Part shown: piece after piece, positions 48,950-61,158 of the stretch
How positions within the stretch are numbered: position 1 is the stretch's first letter
Layout of the letters: each line of letters begins with the position of its first letter
DNA from: Chiloscyllium plagiosum
Lineage: Eukaryota
Assembly: GCF_004010195.1 (NCBI RefSeq)
Contig: NC_057711.1
Span: 74,723,571 to 74,784,728, forward strand
Reading direction: 5' to 3'
DNA length: 61,158 nucleotides
Notes under the pieces: generated by a model
What the model saw: only the letters and a program-made list of their open reading frames with translations
Told to the model about the DNA's origin: nothing
Databases searched by the model: none
Translations under genes and position numbers: made by a program

Positions 48950-49850
48950 AGTACTCACATCTTGACCTTCTTCTGCACTCAGCTGTCATCTCATTGAACC
49001 GGGTGTCCATCATGTCCTGTCTGCCTTGTAGTGCCTAATGCAGCTGAGCTCAGTTATACTCAAGGAGAGCTTCCTCCACTTCAATGTCCTCATTCTTCTC
49101 CTCAGATGACTACTCCCATTCCCTCAGCTCTATAGTATCTAACACGGAACATATTTGCCTGCTTAAGTTATGCAGAAGACAGATTGCCAGAATTGTGCAG
49201 CGCGCTCTACCTGGACTATAGTTAAGGGATCGCACAAACTGGGGAGTCACATTTTCGGCAGCCCTATAATCTTCTCCACCTCACCCTTGATCACAGTATG
49301 TGCACCAACTTGGGGAAGGTGTCTTTCTGGCTGAATGACCAACACATTACATCCAGAAGGAAGTGCCTGCTATATTCAGACCCCCTTCCCATCTAAGACC
49401 CAACTCAAACATTCCACTTTCCTTTGTTTACATCAGATCCATTGTCATATTTACATGATGTATGTATGATACAGCAATGTTCCCTTCTTCCCACAGTACC
49501 TTGGAAGTTCTGCAACTTATGGATCACTCTTGGCCAGAATTTGTCTCCTTTAATGTTATTGCTTCAGCATTACAAAGATGGCAATGATAATTCAGCCAGC
49601 ACCAATAATTTAGTGCATTCTGTCTTTGACCAAAATTTGACACATCAACACATTTACACTGCAGTAATTGCATATGTTTGAAGGATTGTTTGCAGGTGAA
49701 ATATCCCTGCAGATTTCAGACCTTTGCTTCATTTATTTGCCCCTTCAATGTCCGAGCAGACATGGACGCCTGTGCTTCTGCCCATCAAAGTGATACTGAT
49801 TCTGCTCATTCGGCATTGTCCAAGCCATTTTGTAATTACATTTTGCATTT
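48950..49850 (-). pseudogene. Possible second Harbinger transposase relic, very decayed
   Basis: FPQV, VEKIIGLPKM and LHN-like remnants plus acidic tail on the minus strand. Confidence 0.4.
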
Positions 49851-49851
49851 A

Positions 49852-50172
49852 GAGAATCCATAAACACTACAGTGTGGAAGGAGGCCATTCGGCACATTCA
49901 GTACACACTGATCCTCCACAGAGCATCCTACCCAGACCCCAATTGTAAACCCCCACTTAGCATGGCTAATCCACATAGCGTACACATGGACATTTTATTT
50001 TAAGTCTGCCTAGCCTGCACATCTTCAGACTGTGGGGTGAAACCAGAGCACCTGGAGAAAGTCCATGCAAATACATGAAGAAAGTACAAACTCCACGCAG
50101 ACAGTTGCTCAAAGCTGGAATCAGACTGAGGTACCAGGCACTGTAAGGCAGTGATAACCACTGAGCTACTGT
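49852..50172 (-). mobile_element. HE1-type tRNA-derived SINE
   Basis: Reverse complement head (ggcagtgataaccactgagc), core (tgcacatctt..gactgtggg..gaaaccagagcacctggag) and tail. Confidence 0.78.
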
Positions 50173-50989
50173 AACATCAAATAGCAAGTGATGGTTGAGA
50201 ATGCAGCTCGTAGTGGGCACCATCAACATTGGCCCCCTCCTGGTCACCAGATAACCTCCCCACACCAAATTTCTATGTCCCTTTTAACCTCACACTACCC
50301 CAACAGCCCATTTTTGACAATCTAACCCACTCCACTTGGGAGACCCCTTACAGTGAACTTCACCTTCAATTGCTACCCCTGACTCCTGAGACTTAACGTT
50401 ACAGTTTAGTGATGCTCACCCTACTCCTCTATACTCCCCCTCTAGAGGTGATGGTCATGATTACCAACCCATTCTCCCATGGCCTACTACATCCTCCCTG
50501 CATCCTGAATTTAGCCATCGCTGTCCTTGATCCCACTTCCACCATTGCCTCTGTTTTCCCACATCTTAACTTCTTCATCCCTTTTGGCAGTGATTCCATT
50601 GTTACCCCTTCAGGTCCCACTTGAACTCTCCTGAAAGATTGACGGATATCTAGGACAGTATTCATCCCAGATCTTTGACTAACTTCAATAAGTATTGCTG
50701 CAGTAGATACAGCAGTATTTCTATATAATCAGATCGTTACTCAACTGACTAAAATAGATGGGGGAATTTTACTCACGGGATAACTTCAGAATTGTGGCAC
50801 AATGATCCATGGAAACACCAAAAGGCAAAGACCACTTCATTTTGTTTTTCTATACTTTGGACTGAAATGGGAAAAAGAAAACTTGTTTTAAACACCAAGG
50901 ATTGCTCCTTAATTTCAAACCAAGTTTCCTCACATTCATTGCAATTACTGTTTACACAGCTGCTTGTTCAAGCAGTTACTGTAGGGACA

Positions 50990-51520
50990 GTCATAGAGTC
51001 ATCAAGTTCTACAGCATGCAGCCAGGCCCTTTAGCCCAAACTGGTCCATGTCGACCAAAATGTTCATCCACGCTAAGCCTATTTCCCTGCACTTGGCCCA
51101 GAGGCTGAATAAGCTGGGGCTATTTTTCCTGGAGTGTTGGAGGCTGAGAGGTGACCTTGTAGAGGTTCATAAAATCATGAGGGATATGGATAGGGTGAAT
51201 AGCCAAGGTCTTTATCGCCAGGGTGGGAAAGTCTAAAATTATGGGGCATAGGTTTAAGGTGAGAGGGGAAAGATTTAAAAGGGGCAATTTTTTCACATAG
51301 AGGGTGGTGCATGTATAGAATGAGCTACCGGAGAAAGTGGTGGAGGCTGGTACAGCTACAACATTCAAAAGGCATTTGGATGGGTATATGAATAGGAAGG
51401 GATTAGACAGATATGGGCCAAGTGCTGGCAAATGGGATTAGATTAATTTAGGAAATCTGGTCAGCATGGACGAGTTAGACTGAAGGGTCTGTTTCTATGC
51501 TGTAAGTCTCTATGACTCTA
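50990..51520. mobile_element. Two CR1 3' ends head-to-head (50990-51100 minus; 51100-51520 plus)
   Basis: Minus tail agtcatagagtcat; plus RLNKLGLFFLECWRLRGDLVEVHKIM and ctatgactcta tail. Confidence 0.8.
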
Positions 51521-54500
51521 AGTAGGATCGAGACATGACTGATCACAGTCCTGATTGCTGTGTTTGTAGCTCTCTGGCTGACAAGAGTTCATTGGCCCTT
51601 ACAAACTGATCATTGCCCTTTCTTGGACTGCAGCCAAATAGACAGATCCCTTGACGATGAGTGCCCCAACATGACAACTCACTCTGGCCAAGCCCCTAGT
51701 CCGTTTGTGAACTGTGCCTCTGATTGGTCATCCTGGAATCCCTTTATTGTCAGCAGTTCCCCCTTTACTGGCCCAGACACTAAACGATACTGACTTTTCG
51801 ATATGGTCATTTGGTTGAATAGATGTGCAGCATGTTCGCCATGCAGGCACCAAATTCTGCAGTTGTTAAACTACCATCTCGATATGACCTCAACAAGAAA
51901 CACCACCCCCTAGCCCCACCCACAGGAGGATCCGGACTGATATGCAGCCTGTGCGTCTGCACAAATGAATATGCCAATACAGATAGCCTTTGGCTCCGTT
52001 GACTCTGCCAATTAACTGACAGGCAGGACGTGGCAGGCAAGGACTGGATTTGGCAAGCTTGTAGGTAGGATTTGCTGTATGGCTGGTGCCCATGGATCAT
52101 GCCCTGAGATGCTGTTTATAGCTGATGAATGTGGAGGTTCCTCACAATCAGCAGTGATGCAAAATTACCATGTGCCCACATTAATGTTGGTGTTGGGAAT
52201 TCTCAATTTCTTGTTTGCTTACTCGTGGATGATACAATAGGAAGCTAAGTATCAATATGGCTAGTTGGGCTCTTAATAAGGCATTTCACAAGCATTAGCA
52301 CCCCTTAATTGGTAGCTCACTGTTGCATAGTGAGAAACCCAATTATCACTTGGCAAAAGTTTGAAAGATGAAACAAAATGCTCCTGACTTCAAGAAAGGT
52401 CTCATCTTGCCAGTTCTGCTGTAAATCTACTGTAATCAGCCCATGATTGAAATGGTGCCAAGTGGACATCATTATGGAATGGACTTAAGCTATTTCACTT
52501 CTATTTAAATTTTATGGTTACTCCAATTGTACAGGGAGGTTTAAGACTTCTCTTTAAGACAGTTAACTTGGTCTTCCATGAATCATTGGCACTGTGAATG
52601 AAAATCTTGGAGTTTACAGTCTTTACTGTAGCATCGCTTAATGACTAATTGCTCTAAACAGTCCATTTGTTGCCCCAAGGTTCCTGCATTGAGGGTCTGA
52701 ACATCAATTTTGCGTTGCAGTTTTGATTGTGAGTTTGTAGTAGAAGTATTATGTTAGTTAAATGCTGGTAGCATAGGCAGTTGATAAATCAAATGTTGAT
52801 AGAATACCTAAATAACAACCTATGGATATGTTAGTTGTACCAAAACCGTAACAAGTGCCGAAAGAAAATTTTGACTGAACAGCTGGATAATTAATATTTT
52901 ACTAATTAAACCTATCAATGAATTTGACACATTTTTCACTTATTAAGAGCAATTTTGAACTGTGATAAATTATCTTCAGATAGCTTCAACTTAAAGAATT
53001 TATATTTTTAAAGCCAAATAAATGACATCAATGAAAGGACTTAGTCTTTTGTTTTCTTTTAAATCAACACAACAACTTTAAATGCATTTGCTACTTTTGT
53101 TTAACTCATTAAAACACCAAAAGTGTAGCTGCATTTACCCTTGTGCTTACTTACTTGAAATGCATCTGAACAGAAAGGGCAAAGGCAGATGTCCTACGTT
53201 TTCAGCATTGATAATATCTTGGGCGTGGGAGGGAGCATTTTTGTGATGGGAATTGCAATAAAAGACAAAATGCTTTTGGTAGCTCTGCACACAAGGGATT
53301 GCTCCTTTTCTTTTTCAGCACTTGTCCAGGAGTTTTCACAGAATACTCATGTTACACTTCGACAAATATCATTGAAATCTCATCTCAGTTTAATTTGCCA
53401 TTGACAACAACATCAATGTCCTGTGATGTCACTGACATGTTCGCTTTTCTGCTTTAGTACCTTAAAAAAGAACCATTTCTTGATAAACATGTGTGCTTTC
53501 TGCAATCATGTACATTATCAATAACCAATTGTAATTTTAGAGTTAAAATATAAAGCTGGTGCAGGTGCCATATTACTACTTACATGTTAAACTGAATGAT
53601 TTTGCCTGCTCAGCTAAACAAAACATGAAACTCCTTTCATCAAACATAATTTCACTTTAGGTGAATAGGTAAGAGTAAGAGTATACATGTTTACAGCAAG
53701 TGATTTGAGTTTAACTAATAATGGATAAATAATTGAAAGCCAAGATATGCATTTTTACTGTTCGCTTCACATCTTCAAGTTAAGAAGTACCAAAATGCCA
53801 AGACGGTAGCCCAGATGGGTGATGAGAATTGAGGTGACAGGCAACTGCAACTTTGAGGAGGTAGCCATGTAAGTAGTTAGAGTGCTGCCTAGCTGATGGT
53901 CAGGGTGGAGCATCAGCTATAGTCGGCACTAAAGACAGTGGTACAGTAACTTAAGAACATAGAGCTAACTGTGGATGTAATCCTATTAGCTCACTGAAAA
54001 GAAAGGGTGCTGGTTCAAGAGGGGATTGCATGAACATGGCATCATACTTATAATTAAAGGCAATCACAATAATTTGAGCACATAGTCACACTGTAAGTGG
54101 TTAATTTTTGTTGTCTCATTTTATGCTTCATACAGCTCTGAGCTAGCATATGTTAAACATTTAACACCCAGAGATAAACAAAAGTAGTATCAAGGAATGC
54201 TAGTAGCCATATTTACATAGGACAGCAAAGGAAAACTTTAAGTTAAATTGAAGGCCAGGATGTTGCCAGCTGGTGAATAAGGGAATTTTGATCTCTTAGT
54301 AAAAAATCTATTTTTTGATTTTATAGAACATATAATTGAAACCCTCTGCTTTCATTTATTTTCCAGTTGAAAGCATGGAAGATGAGTTGAAGTTATATAA
54401 TAAAGAAAAGCAACAGAAAGCTAAATCTTTTGATCCAACAGAAAATAAAACCAGGCATCTAAGTGTGACGTAGCACAGTGTGAAGGTTGGAACAGAGTGC

Positions 54501-54679
54501 TGGGAGCTTGGTGATTAAGGGAGCTATGTGAGGAGGGGAAAATGTTGGGTTTTTTGTTTGTTTTTTTCTCTAACTCTTTCACCTCTATAGATTGGTTCTT
54601 ATTCCACGACAGAAGCTATTTGAAAGAAACTATTTGGTGACTATCTTGTAAGTAAATAAAATCTATCCAATCCGAACAT

Positions 54680-55375
54680 TATAGAGCCATACATCATGGA
54701 AACAGAGCCTTCAGTCCAACTCATCCATGCTGACCAGGTCTCCCAAACAAAACTAATCCCCCTTTTCTGTGTTTGGCCCATATCCCTGTAAACCCTTCCT
54801 ATTCATGTACCTGTCAAAATGTATTTTAAATGTTGTAACTATACCTGCATCTACCACTGCCTCTGGCAGTTCATTCCATTTATGCACGACACTCTGTGTG
54901 ATAAAGTTGCCCCTCAGGTCCCTTTTAAGTCTTTCCCCTCTCATCTTAAAGCCATGCCCTCTAGTTTTGAACTCCACTGGGGAAAAGACTTATTCACATT
55001 TTCTATACCCCTCATGGTATTATAAACCTCTTTAAAGTCACTCCTCAACTCCCCCATTCTCCAGGGAAAAATATCCCAGCCTATCTTGCCTCCCTTTATA
55101 ACTCAAAGCCTTCAGTCCCAGTAAGATCCTTGTAAATCCTTTCTGCACTCTTTCCAATTTAATAATATTTTTCCTGTAGTAGGGTGACCAGAACTAAATG
55201 CAGTACTCCAAAAGTGTCCTCACCAATGTCCTGTGCAAATGCAACATGGCGTCCCAACTCCTAAAGTCAGTAGTCTGACCAATGAAGGCAAGCATGCCAA
55301 ACAGCTACATCACCACCCTGTCTACCTATGACACTACCTTCAAGAACTATATACCTGAACCCATCGGTCTCTCTG
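54680..55375 (-). mobile_element. CR1 LINE 3' fragment
   Basis: TRGHGFKMRGERLKRDLRGNFITQSVVHKWNELPEAVV. Confidence 0.88.
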
Positions 55376-55454
55376 TACTTTTGGTAACACTGGTAAAATA
55401 TAAAAATAAATTAGGTAATTGAAAACATAGTTGAAGAGTTAATATATCCATAAC

Positions 55455-56390
55455 GAATGTGGGGAAGGTGATATGTCACAACTGCAGCATGTGGAGCTAC
55501 TGCAGGACACACATGGCAACTAAGAGTTTAAGGTTTGAGCAGCTTCAGCTCAGAGTTTATGAACTGGAGACTGAGTTACACACATTGTCACTCAGCAAGG
55601 TGGGCAAATACATCCAAATGCTTTATTCCAAGAAGCATTCACATCCTTTAGGATAGGGCCTTCCGATTTGGTCAGTGGTCGGGGACTGATGAGTGTGACT
55701 GCAAGTGAGATTATTAAGGGCAGTCAATGGGCAGGAACCCAGATGTCTCAGTCTTTGAAAAAAATAGTCCAATAGGTGTGAGAATCTTTCCACTTGTTTG
55801 GATGACAGTGAGGTCTGCAGGGCAGGTGAGCAAACTGACCATGATACAATGGTACAGGAGACCACTTAGTTAGGGGTAACGAAAAAGCAATGTCGTGATA
55901 GTAGGTGACTGTACAGTGAGATCACTAACACTATTCTCTGAAGCAAAGAGAAAGAGTCCAGTAGTCTGTGTTGCAAGCCCAGTGCCAGCGTTTGGGACCT
56001 TTACTTAAGGCTTGAATGGAATTTGCAGTGGACGGAGGAATTTCCAGTTATTGTGGCCCATTTGGTACCAAATAGATAGATAGCATGAGTAAAAGTCAGG
56101 ATGAGAAGCTTGGTATGCAATTGAAATGCAGAACCTCAAAAGGTAATTTCTCTGGTTTGTTAACTGAGCCATAGGTAAAATGACATTGGGCAAATGAGAA
56201 TATAGAGATTAAAATGTGTTTTAAAGTCTAGTGAGGGAGATGCCCACCTTAGTCCATGGGGCACTGATACCTATACCGCGGACAGTATGAACTGTACTAT
56301 TGTGATGATCTAGAACTGAACTTTGCTAGGGCCAGTTCTAGTGAAAAATAACCAGCAATGTAGAGAGGGTTTTAAATCAAGGGGTCCCTT
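55455..56390 (+). pseudogene. CR1 ORF1 relic (Cys motif, coiled coil, SGNH esterase)
   Basis: VICHNCSMW...LQLRVYELETELHTL; VVIVGDCTVR (GDS block); VAHLV (GTND block remnant); ORF2 endonuclease remnants continue to about 58550. Confidence 0.65.
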
Positions 56391-57264
56391 GTGGGGTCAA
56401 CAGAACACATTTGGGAAGATATAGTAAATCAGACAGGAATGGAAGGTCAAGAAAAAAATAGAAGTAATATGAGAAATGATAATCAAACCTTAACAAGGAG
56501 GGATGAAGAGTTCATATCTCAGTGTAGATCAAAAGGGAAGAACAATAATTATGAAAATAATAAGAGAACCATAACTAGGGGCCTGAATGCTTTGACCTAT
56601 TGTGAGCAATCTGGCAGAATTACACAAGATATCCAGCAAGGCCTGTCTCAATATTGGGAGCATCCTTCTGCTTCTTTTGAATAAGAGTTAGGCAATGAGT
56701 CAAGTTTCTTGCTGGGCAGCAGCAAGTTGCCTACTTAAGAGGGTTATCACTTGTTAATCACCTTATTAATTATAGAGCTCACATCATTAATATGCAGCAT
56801 CTCTCTGTACCACCCTCTGTGAACAAACTAAATGGCGAGAAGTCTTGACATGGAAGTCAGAGCGGGTATCTGGTGACTTCAGCTTACCACTTGCTCCAAA
56901 AGACACCTTTTGAATTATTCCAACTTTTGGGTGCAAAGAAGGGGATTAGAATGAGGCAAGAAGGCCACCAGCAGTTACTAAGAAGGCGAGTTTGGTAAGG
57001 TATATTGAGAGATCTTGCATGGCTTCTTGTAATAAAACCTTCCAAGAAACTCAATGAAACAGATACTTAGCCAAACAAACTTAACAATTAACCAACAGTA
57101 GTTAAGTGCACATACCATTCAGAACAAAACAATTAAACAAATAGCACAAGTAGAAATAAACATGTACAGTCTGATTGCTGTTACAGGGATGTGGCTATTG
57201 GATGACATAGTTTGGGACCTAAACACTGAAAGGTACAAGACATTTATAAACGTTAGGATGCTGG

Positions 57265-58058
57265 TGAAAAGTGGAGATCTGGATTACAATGGGATCTGAT
57301 CTGATGGGCCAATGGGCTGAGAAGTGGCAGATGGAGTTTAATTTAGATAAATGTAAGGTGCTGCATTTTGGGAAAGCAAATCTTAGTAGAACTTATACAC
57401 TTAGTGGTAAGGTCCTAGGGGACCTTGGCGTGCAGGTTCATAGCTTATTGAAAGTGAAGTCACACGTAGAAAGGATAGTGAAGAAGGCGTTTGGTATGCT
57501 TTCCTTTATTGGTCAGAGTATTGAGTACAGGAGTAGGGAGGTCATGTTGCGGCTGTACTGGACATTGGTTTGGCCACTGTTCAAATATTGCGTGCAATTC
57601 TGGTCTCCTTCCTATCGGAAAGATGTTGTGAAATTTGAAAGGGTTCAGAAAAGATTTACAAGGATGTTGCCAGGGTTGGAGGATTTGAGCTATAGAGAGA
57701 GGCTGAACAGGCTGGGGCTGAGCATTGGAGGCTGAGGGGTGACCTTATAGATGTTTACAAAATTATGAGGGGCATGGATAGGATAAATAGACAAAGTTTT
57801 TACCTTGAGGTGGAGGAAGCCTGAACTAGAGAGCATGAATTTAGTGTGAGAGGGGAAAGATATAAAAGGGACCTAAGGGGCAACTTTTTCACACAGATGG
57901 TGGTACGTGTATGGACTGAGCTGTCAGAGGAAGTGGTGGAGGCTGGTACAATTGCAACATTTAAAAGACATTTGGATGGGTATTTGAATAGAAAGGGTTT
58001 GGAGGGATATTGGCCAGGTGCTGGAAGGTGGGACTAGATTGCGTTGGGATATCTGGTC
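57265..58058 (+). mobile_element. CR1 LINE 3' fragment nested in an older CR1
   Basis: WAEKWQMEFNLDKCKVLHFG...YCVQFWSPSYRKDV...RVQKRFTRMLPGL. Confidence 0.9.
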
Positions 58059-58783
58059 AAAACAATGTAATTGTCAGAAAGTTACAGGAATAATAGAGCA
58101 TTTCTATTATCAACATGCCAACTGAAAATAAATCAGATGGGCAAAATTAACATCGAAGAGGAGTTCATAGAATGTTTTTAGAATCATTTCTTAGAATAGC
58201 ATATCTGTAGTTGACCAGAGAGCAAACTGCATTCGACTTGATATTGTGTAACAAGGTGAAATTAACTAAGGACCTCATTGTGATCCTTCAGACACAGCAA
58301 TTATAATAAGATGGAATTTTACATTCAGTTTGAGGGAGAGAGTCCATGACTAGTATTTGAAATTTCACCACGTGGAATTGTGAGGGCACAAAAGCAGAAG
58401 AGTTCAAGTGAACTGGCAATTTAGGTTACAGGATAGGTCAATAGAAATGTAATGACAGATGTTTAAGGGATATTTCAAAATACACAGAAACATTCTAAGA
58501 GAAAGAAAATCTCCAAGGGGAGATCCCACTATCCTTGGTTAACTAAAGAGTTAACTTTTGTTTCAAATTTAAATTATAAAAATTTATTTTAATAATGACT
58601 TTCCTGTAATAGATGATGTTCTGGGTATATTTAGATATTTATTGAGACTGACATCGATTTGAAGACAGTAAGGTTTATGGAAGAAAATAATACTTATGCA
58701 AGTTGTGTTTCAATCCATATGCAACAATTTTTAAAAGCATAGATTCAACATATTCTCTCATTTGTTGTGTATACGTATAGTGG

Positions 58784-59079
58784 GCGGCACGGTGGCACAG
58801 TGGTTAGCACTGTTGCCTCACAGCGCCAGAGACCCGGGTTCAATTCCCACCTCAGGCGACTGTCTGTGTGGAGTTTGTACGTTCTCCCCGTGTCTGCATG
58901 GGTTTCCTCCGGGTGCTCCGGTTTCCTCCCACAGTCCAAAGATGTGCAGGTCAGGTGAATTGGCCATGCTAAATTGCCCGTAGTGTTAGGTATAGGGGTA
59001 AATGTAGGAGTATCGGTGGGTCGGTGTGGACTTGTTGGGCCGAAGGGCCTGTTTCCATACTGTAATGTAATCTAATCTA
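58784..59079 (+). mobile_element. HE1-type tRNA-derived SINE, well preserved
   Basis: A box tggcacagtgg, B box ggttcaattcc, V-SINE-like core, CR1 tail gggccgaagggcctgtttcc and (taatc)n end. Confidence 0.92.
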
Positions 59080-59594
59080 AAGTTGTGTACACAGATACTA
59101 CCTCTGCACCAGGATGGCATTTTATAGGTGTAGATGTGCTGCTTTGTAGAGCTTTGGAGCTTAGCAGTTGTAATACACTAAGCAGATGGTTAAATACCTT
59201 TGTCCTTATAATTATCATAAAACTCCCTGTAGATGCAGCATCTTTAAAATACAATTTTCAAAATATCTACAGGATAATGCACTTAGGTTTCCCACAGGAT
59301 TATAAGCATTCTTGTAGATTTTGAAAACCTTGCCAGAATACAAAATGCTAGAAATACTCAGCAGGCCCAAAGACGTCTGTGGGAGATAGAAACAAACCAC
59401 CCAATTATGATCACCCTGTGAATAACTGCAGTGAACTTTTCGACATTATTTTCTAAATGAACCATTTTTAAACTATTTTGGTGTGGAACCCCATGCATTT
59501 ATTTTCATGCTTCAGGACTCTGCCAATTCTACTTTGAATTTTTGTACTAATGTCTAAACAATGACCTGAGGGCAATACTTGCAGATAGCGATTT

Positions 59595-60570
59595 TTTTTT
59601 AAAAATCATTCATGGGATATGGGTGTTTTCTGGCTGGCATTTTTACTGCCCTTGAGAAGATGATAGTGAGCTAAAGCCCACTTGCTGTGAGTTGACCCAC
59701 AATGCCATTAGGGTGGGAATTCCAGGATTTTGACCCAGCAACAGTGAAGCAATGGTGATATATTTCCAAATCTGGACGGCGAGTGGCTTGGAGGAGAACT
59801 TGCAGGTAATAGTGTTCCCATATATCTGCTGCCCTTGTCCTTCTAGGTGGAAATGGTCATAGGTTTGGAAGATGCTATCTCAGGATCTTTGATGAATTTC
59901 TACAGTGGATCTTGTCAATAGTACACACTTCTGTTACTGAGCATTGGTGTTGGAGAGAGTGGATGTTTGTAGATGTGGTGCCAGTCAAGCGGGAGCTTTG
60001 TCCTGGATGATGTTAAGCCTCTTGAGTATTTTTGGAGCTGCAGCCATCCCAGCAAGTTGTAAGTATTCCATCACATTCCAGACTTGTGCCTTGTAGATGA
60101 TGGATATGCTTTGTGGAATTAGGAGGTCAGTTACTCTCCACAGTATTCCTAGCCTCCGACCTGCTCTTGTAGCCATATTTTTGTGGTGAGTCCAGTTGAG
60201 TTTCTGGTTAATGGTAACCCCAATGATGTTGATAGTAGGGGATTCACAGATGGTAACCCCATTGAAACCACGGTTAAATTACCTTATACAGGAGATGGTC
60301 ATTGCCTGACATTTGTGTGGTGTGAATGTTTCCTGATGAAGGGCTTATACTTGAAACATCAATACTCCTGCTCCTTGGATGTTGCCTGACTTGCTGTGCT
60401 TTTCCAGTGCTACATTTCTTTGGCTCTGACCTCCAGCATCTACAGTCCTCACTTTCTCCTGGTGCGAATGTTACTTTCATATGCCAACCTGAGCCTGAAT
60501 ATTGTCCAGATCTTGTTTCATTTCAACATAAGTGCTTCAGTATCTGAGTATACAAATGATCCTGAACATT
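59595..60570 (-). mobile_element. CR1/L2-group LINE 3' part with nested Penelope tail (60331-60459, 13-bp TSD tggtgYgaatgtt)
   Basis: RAGRRLGILWRV...IYKAQVWNVMEY...LNIIQDKA; poly(A)-like end at 59592-59600; TSD at 60318-60330 and 60460-60472. Confidence 0.85.
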
Positions 60571-60572
60571 AA

Positions 60573-61158
60573 GTGCGAGCAGCAGCTAAGGTAAGACAGT
60601 TTGTTTTAAAATTACTTACCGGTAGCGGGCAGCGGTGTGTTTTTTTTTCTCTTTACAGAAAGAGCAGGAGCAGCAGGGGAAAGTGACGAAGACCAGAGGG
60701 GCAGCCGGATAGGGTGCGAGCAGCAGCTAAGGTAAGACAGTTTGTTTTAAAATTACTTACCGGTAGCGGGCAGCGGTGTGTTTTTTTTTCTCTTTACAGA
60801 AAGAGCAGGAGCAGCAGGGGAAAGTGACGAAGACCAGAGGGGCAGCCGGATAGGTTTTTTTTCCCTATAAAAGCGCGCAGGAGGGAGGGATTCCGGTATT
60901 TGGATAACTGGGGTTCTTTCTGGGGAAGGTGGGACCTCTATAAACAGGATGGTCTGCACCTGAACCTGAGGGGCACCAGTATCCTTGGTGGGAGGTTTGC
61001 TAGTGCTCTTGGGGGGGGTTTAAACTAACTCTGCAGGGGCATGGGAACCCAGACTGTAGCTTTAGGGTGCAGGACCTAGAATGTAGGGAGGTTAGGAACA
61101 TGGCATCAATCTCAAAGGAGGGTGCCTGTAAACAGGAAAGTGGATTGAAGTGTGTATA
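60573..61158 (+). mobile_element. Young CR1 5' end: two identical 141-bp monomers, TATA-like motif, then only the C-terminus of ORF1; runs off the window
   Basis: 60573-60713 equals 60714-60854; RREGFRYLDNWGSFWGRWDLYKQDGLHLN...GLN* (SGNH DxxH block) ends at 61028; CpGs retained. Confidence 0.8.

Noticed and set aside
58784..58860. tRNA gene (A and B boxes)
   Set aside because: It is the head of an HE1-type SINE with core and LINE-derived tail; no complete cloverleaf.

Overview
Vertebrate non-genic DNA, almost certainly from a shark (cartilaginous fish), judged from HE1-type tRNA SINEs, CR1, RTE, Penelope, Gypsy and Harbinger relics. I found no intact host protein-coding exon; nearly all listed ORFs are repeat fragments or chance ORFs. 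The centrepiece is a complete but decayed 9.28-kb endogenous retrovirus on the minus strand (21604-30882). It has an AAAC target-site duplication, TG..CA LTRs, a tRNA-Ser-like PBS, a PPT and gag-pro-pol-env. Its Pol motifs (LDIANGF, YVD[D]) and coiled-coil Gag suggest a class III, snakehead-retrovirus-like lineage. Its Env TM reads like filovirus GP2 / ASLV TM, with a cysteine-bounded internal fusion loop (LVCGLTILGNNTSNAL...ELR...WQGAVCTIIGDNC). The two LTRs are about 3% diverged in R/U5 but about 16% in the counted part of U3, and both carry an open 109-codon repeat ORF. The window also holds several insertion or repair footprints: 5'-inverted (twin-priming-like) RTE and Penelope elements, a 130-bp duplication flanking a 65-bp SINE tail, locally templated insertions in the ERV pol and a Gypsy integrase, hammerhead-bearing Penelope tails, and a CR1 5' end with tandem monomers that each contain a GT-AG mini-intron. 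All family assignments come from manual translation and recalled motifs, not database searches, and boundaries of old repeats are approximate.
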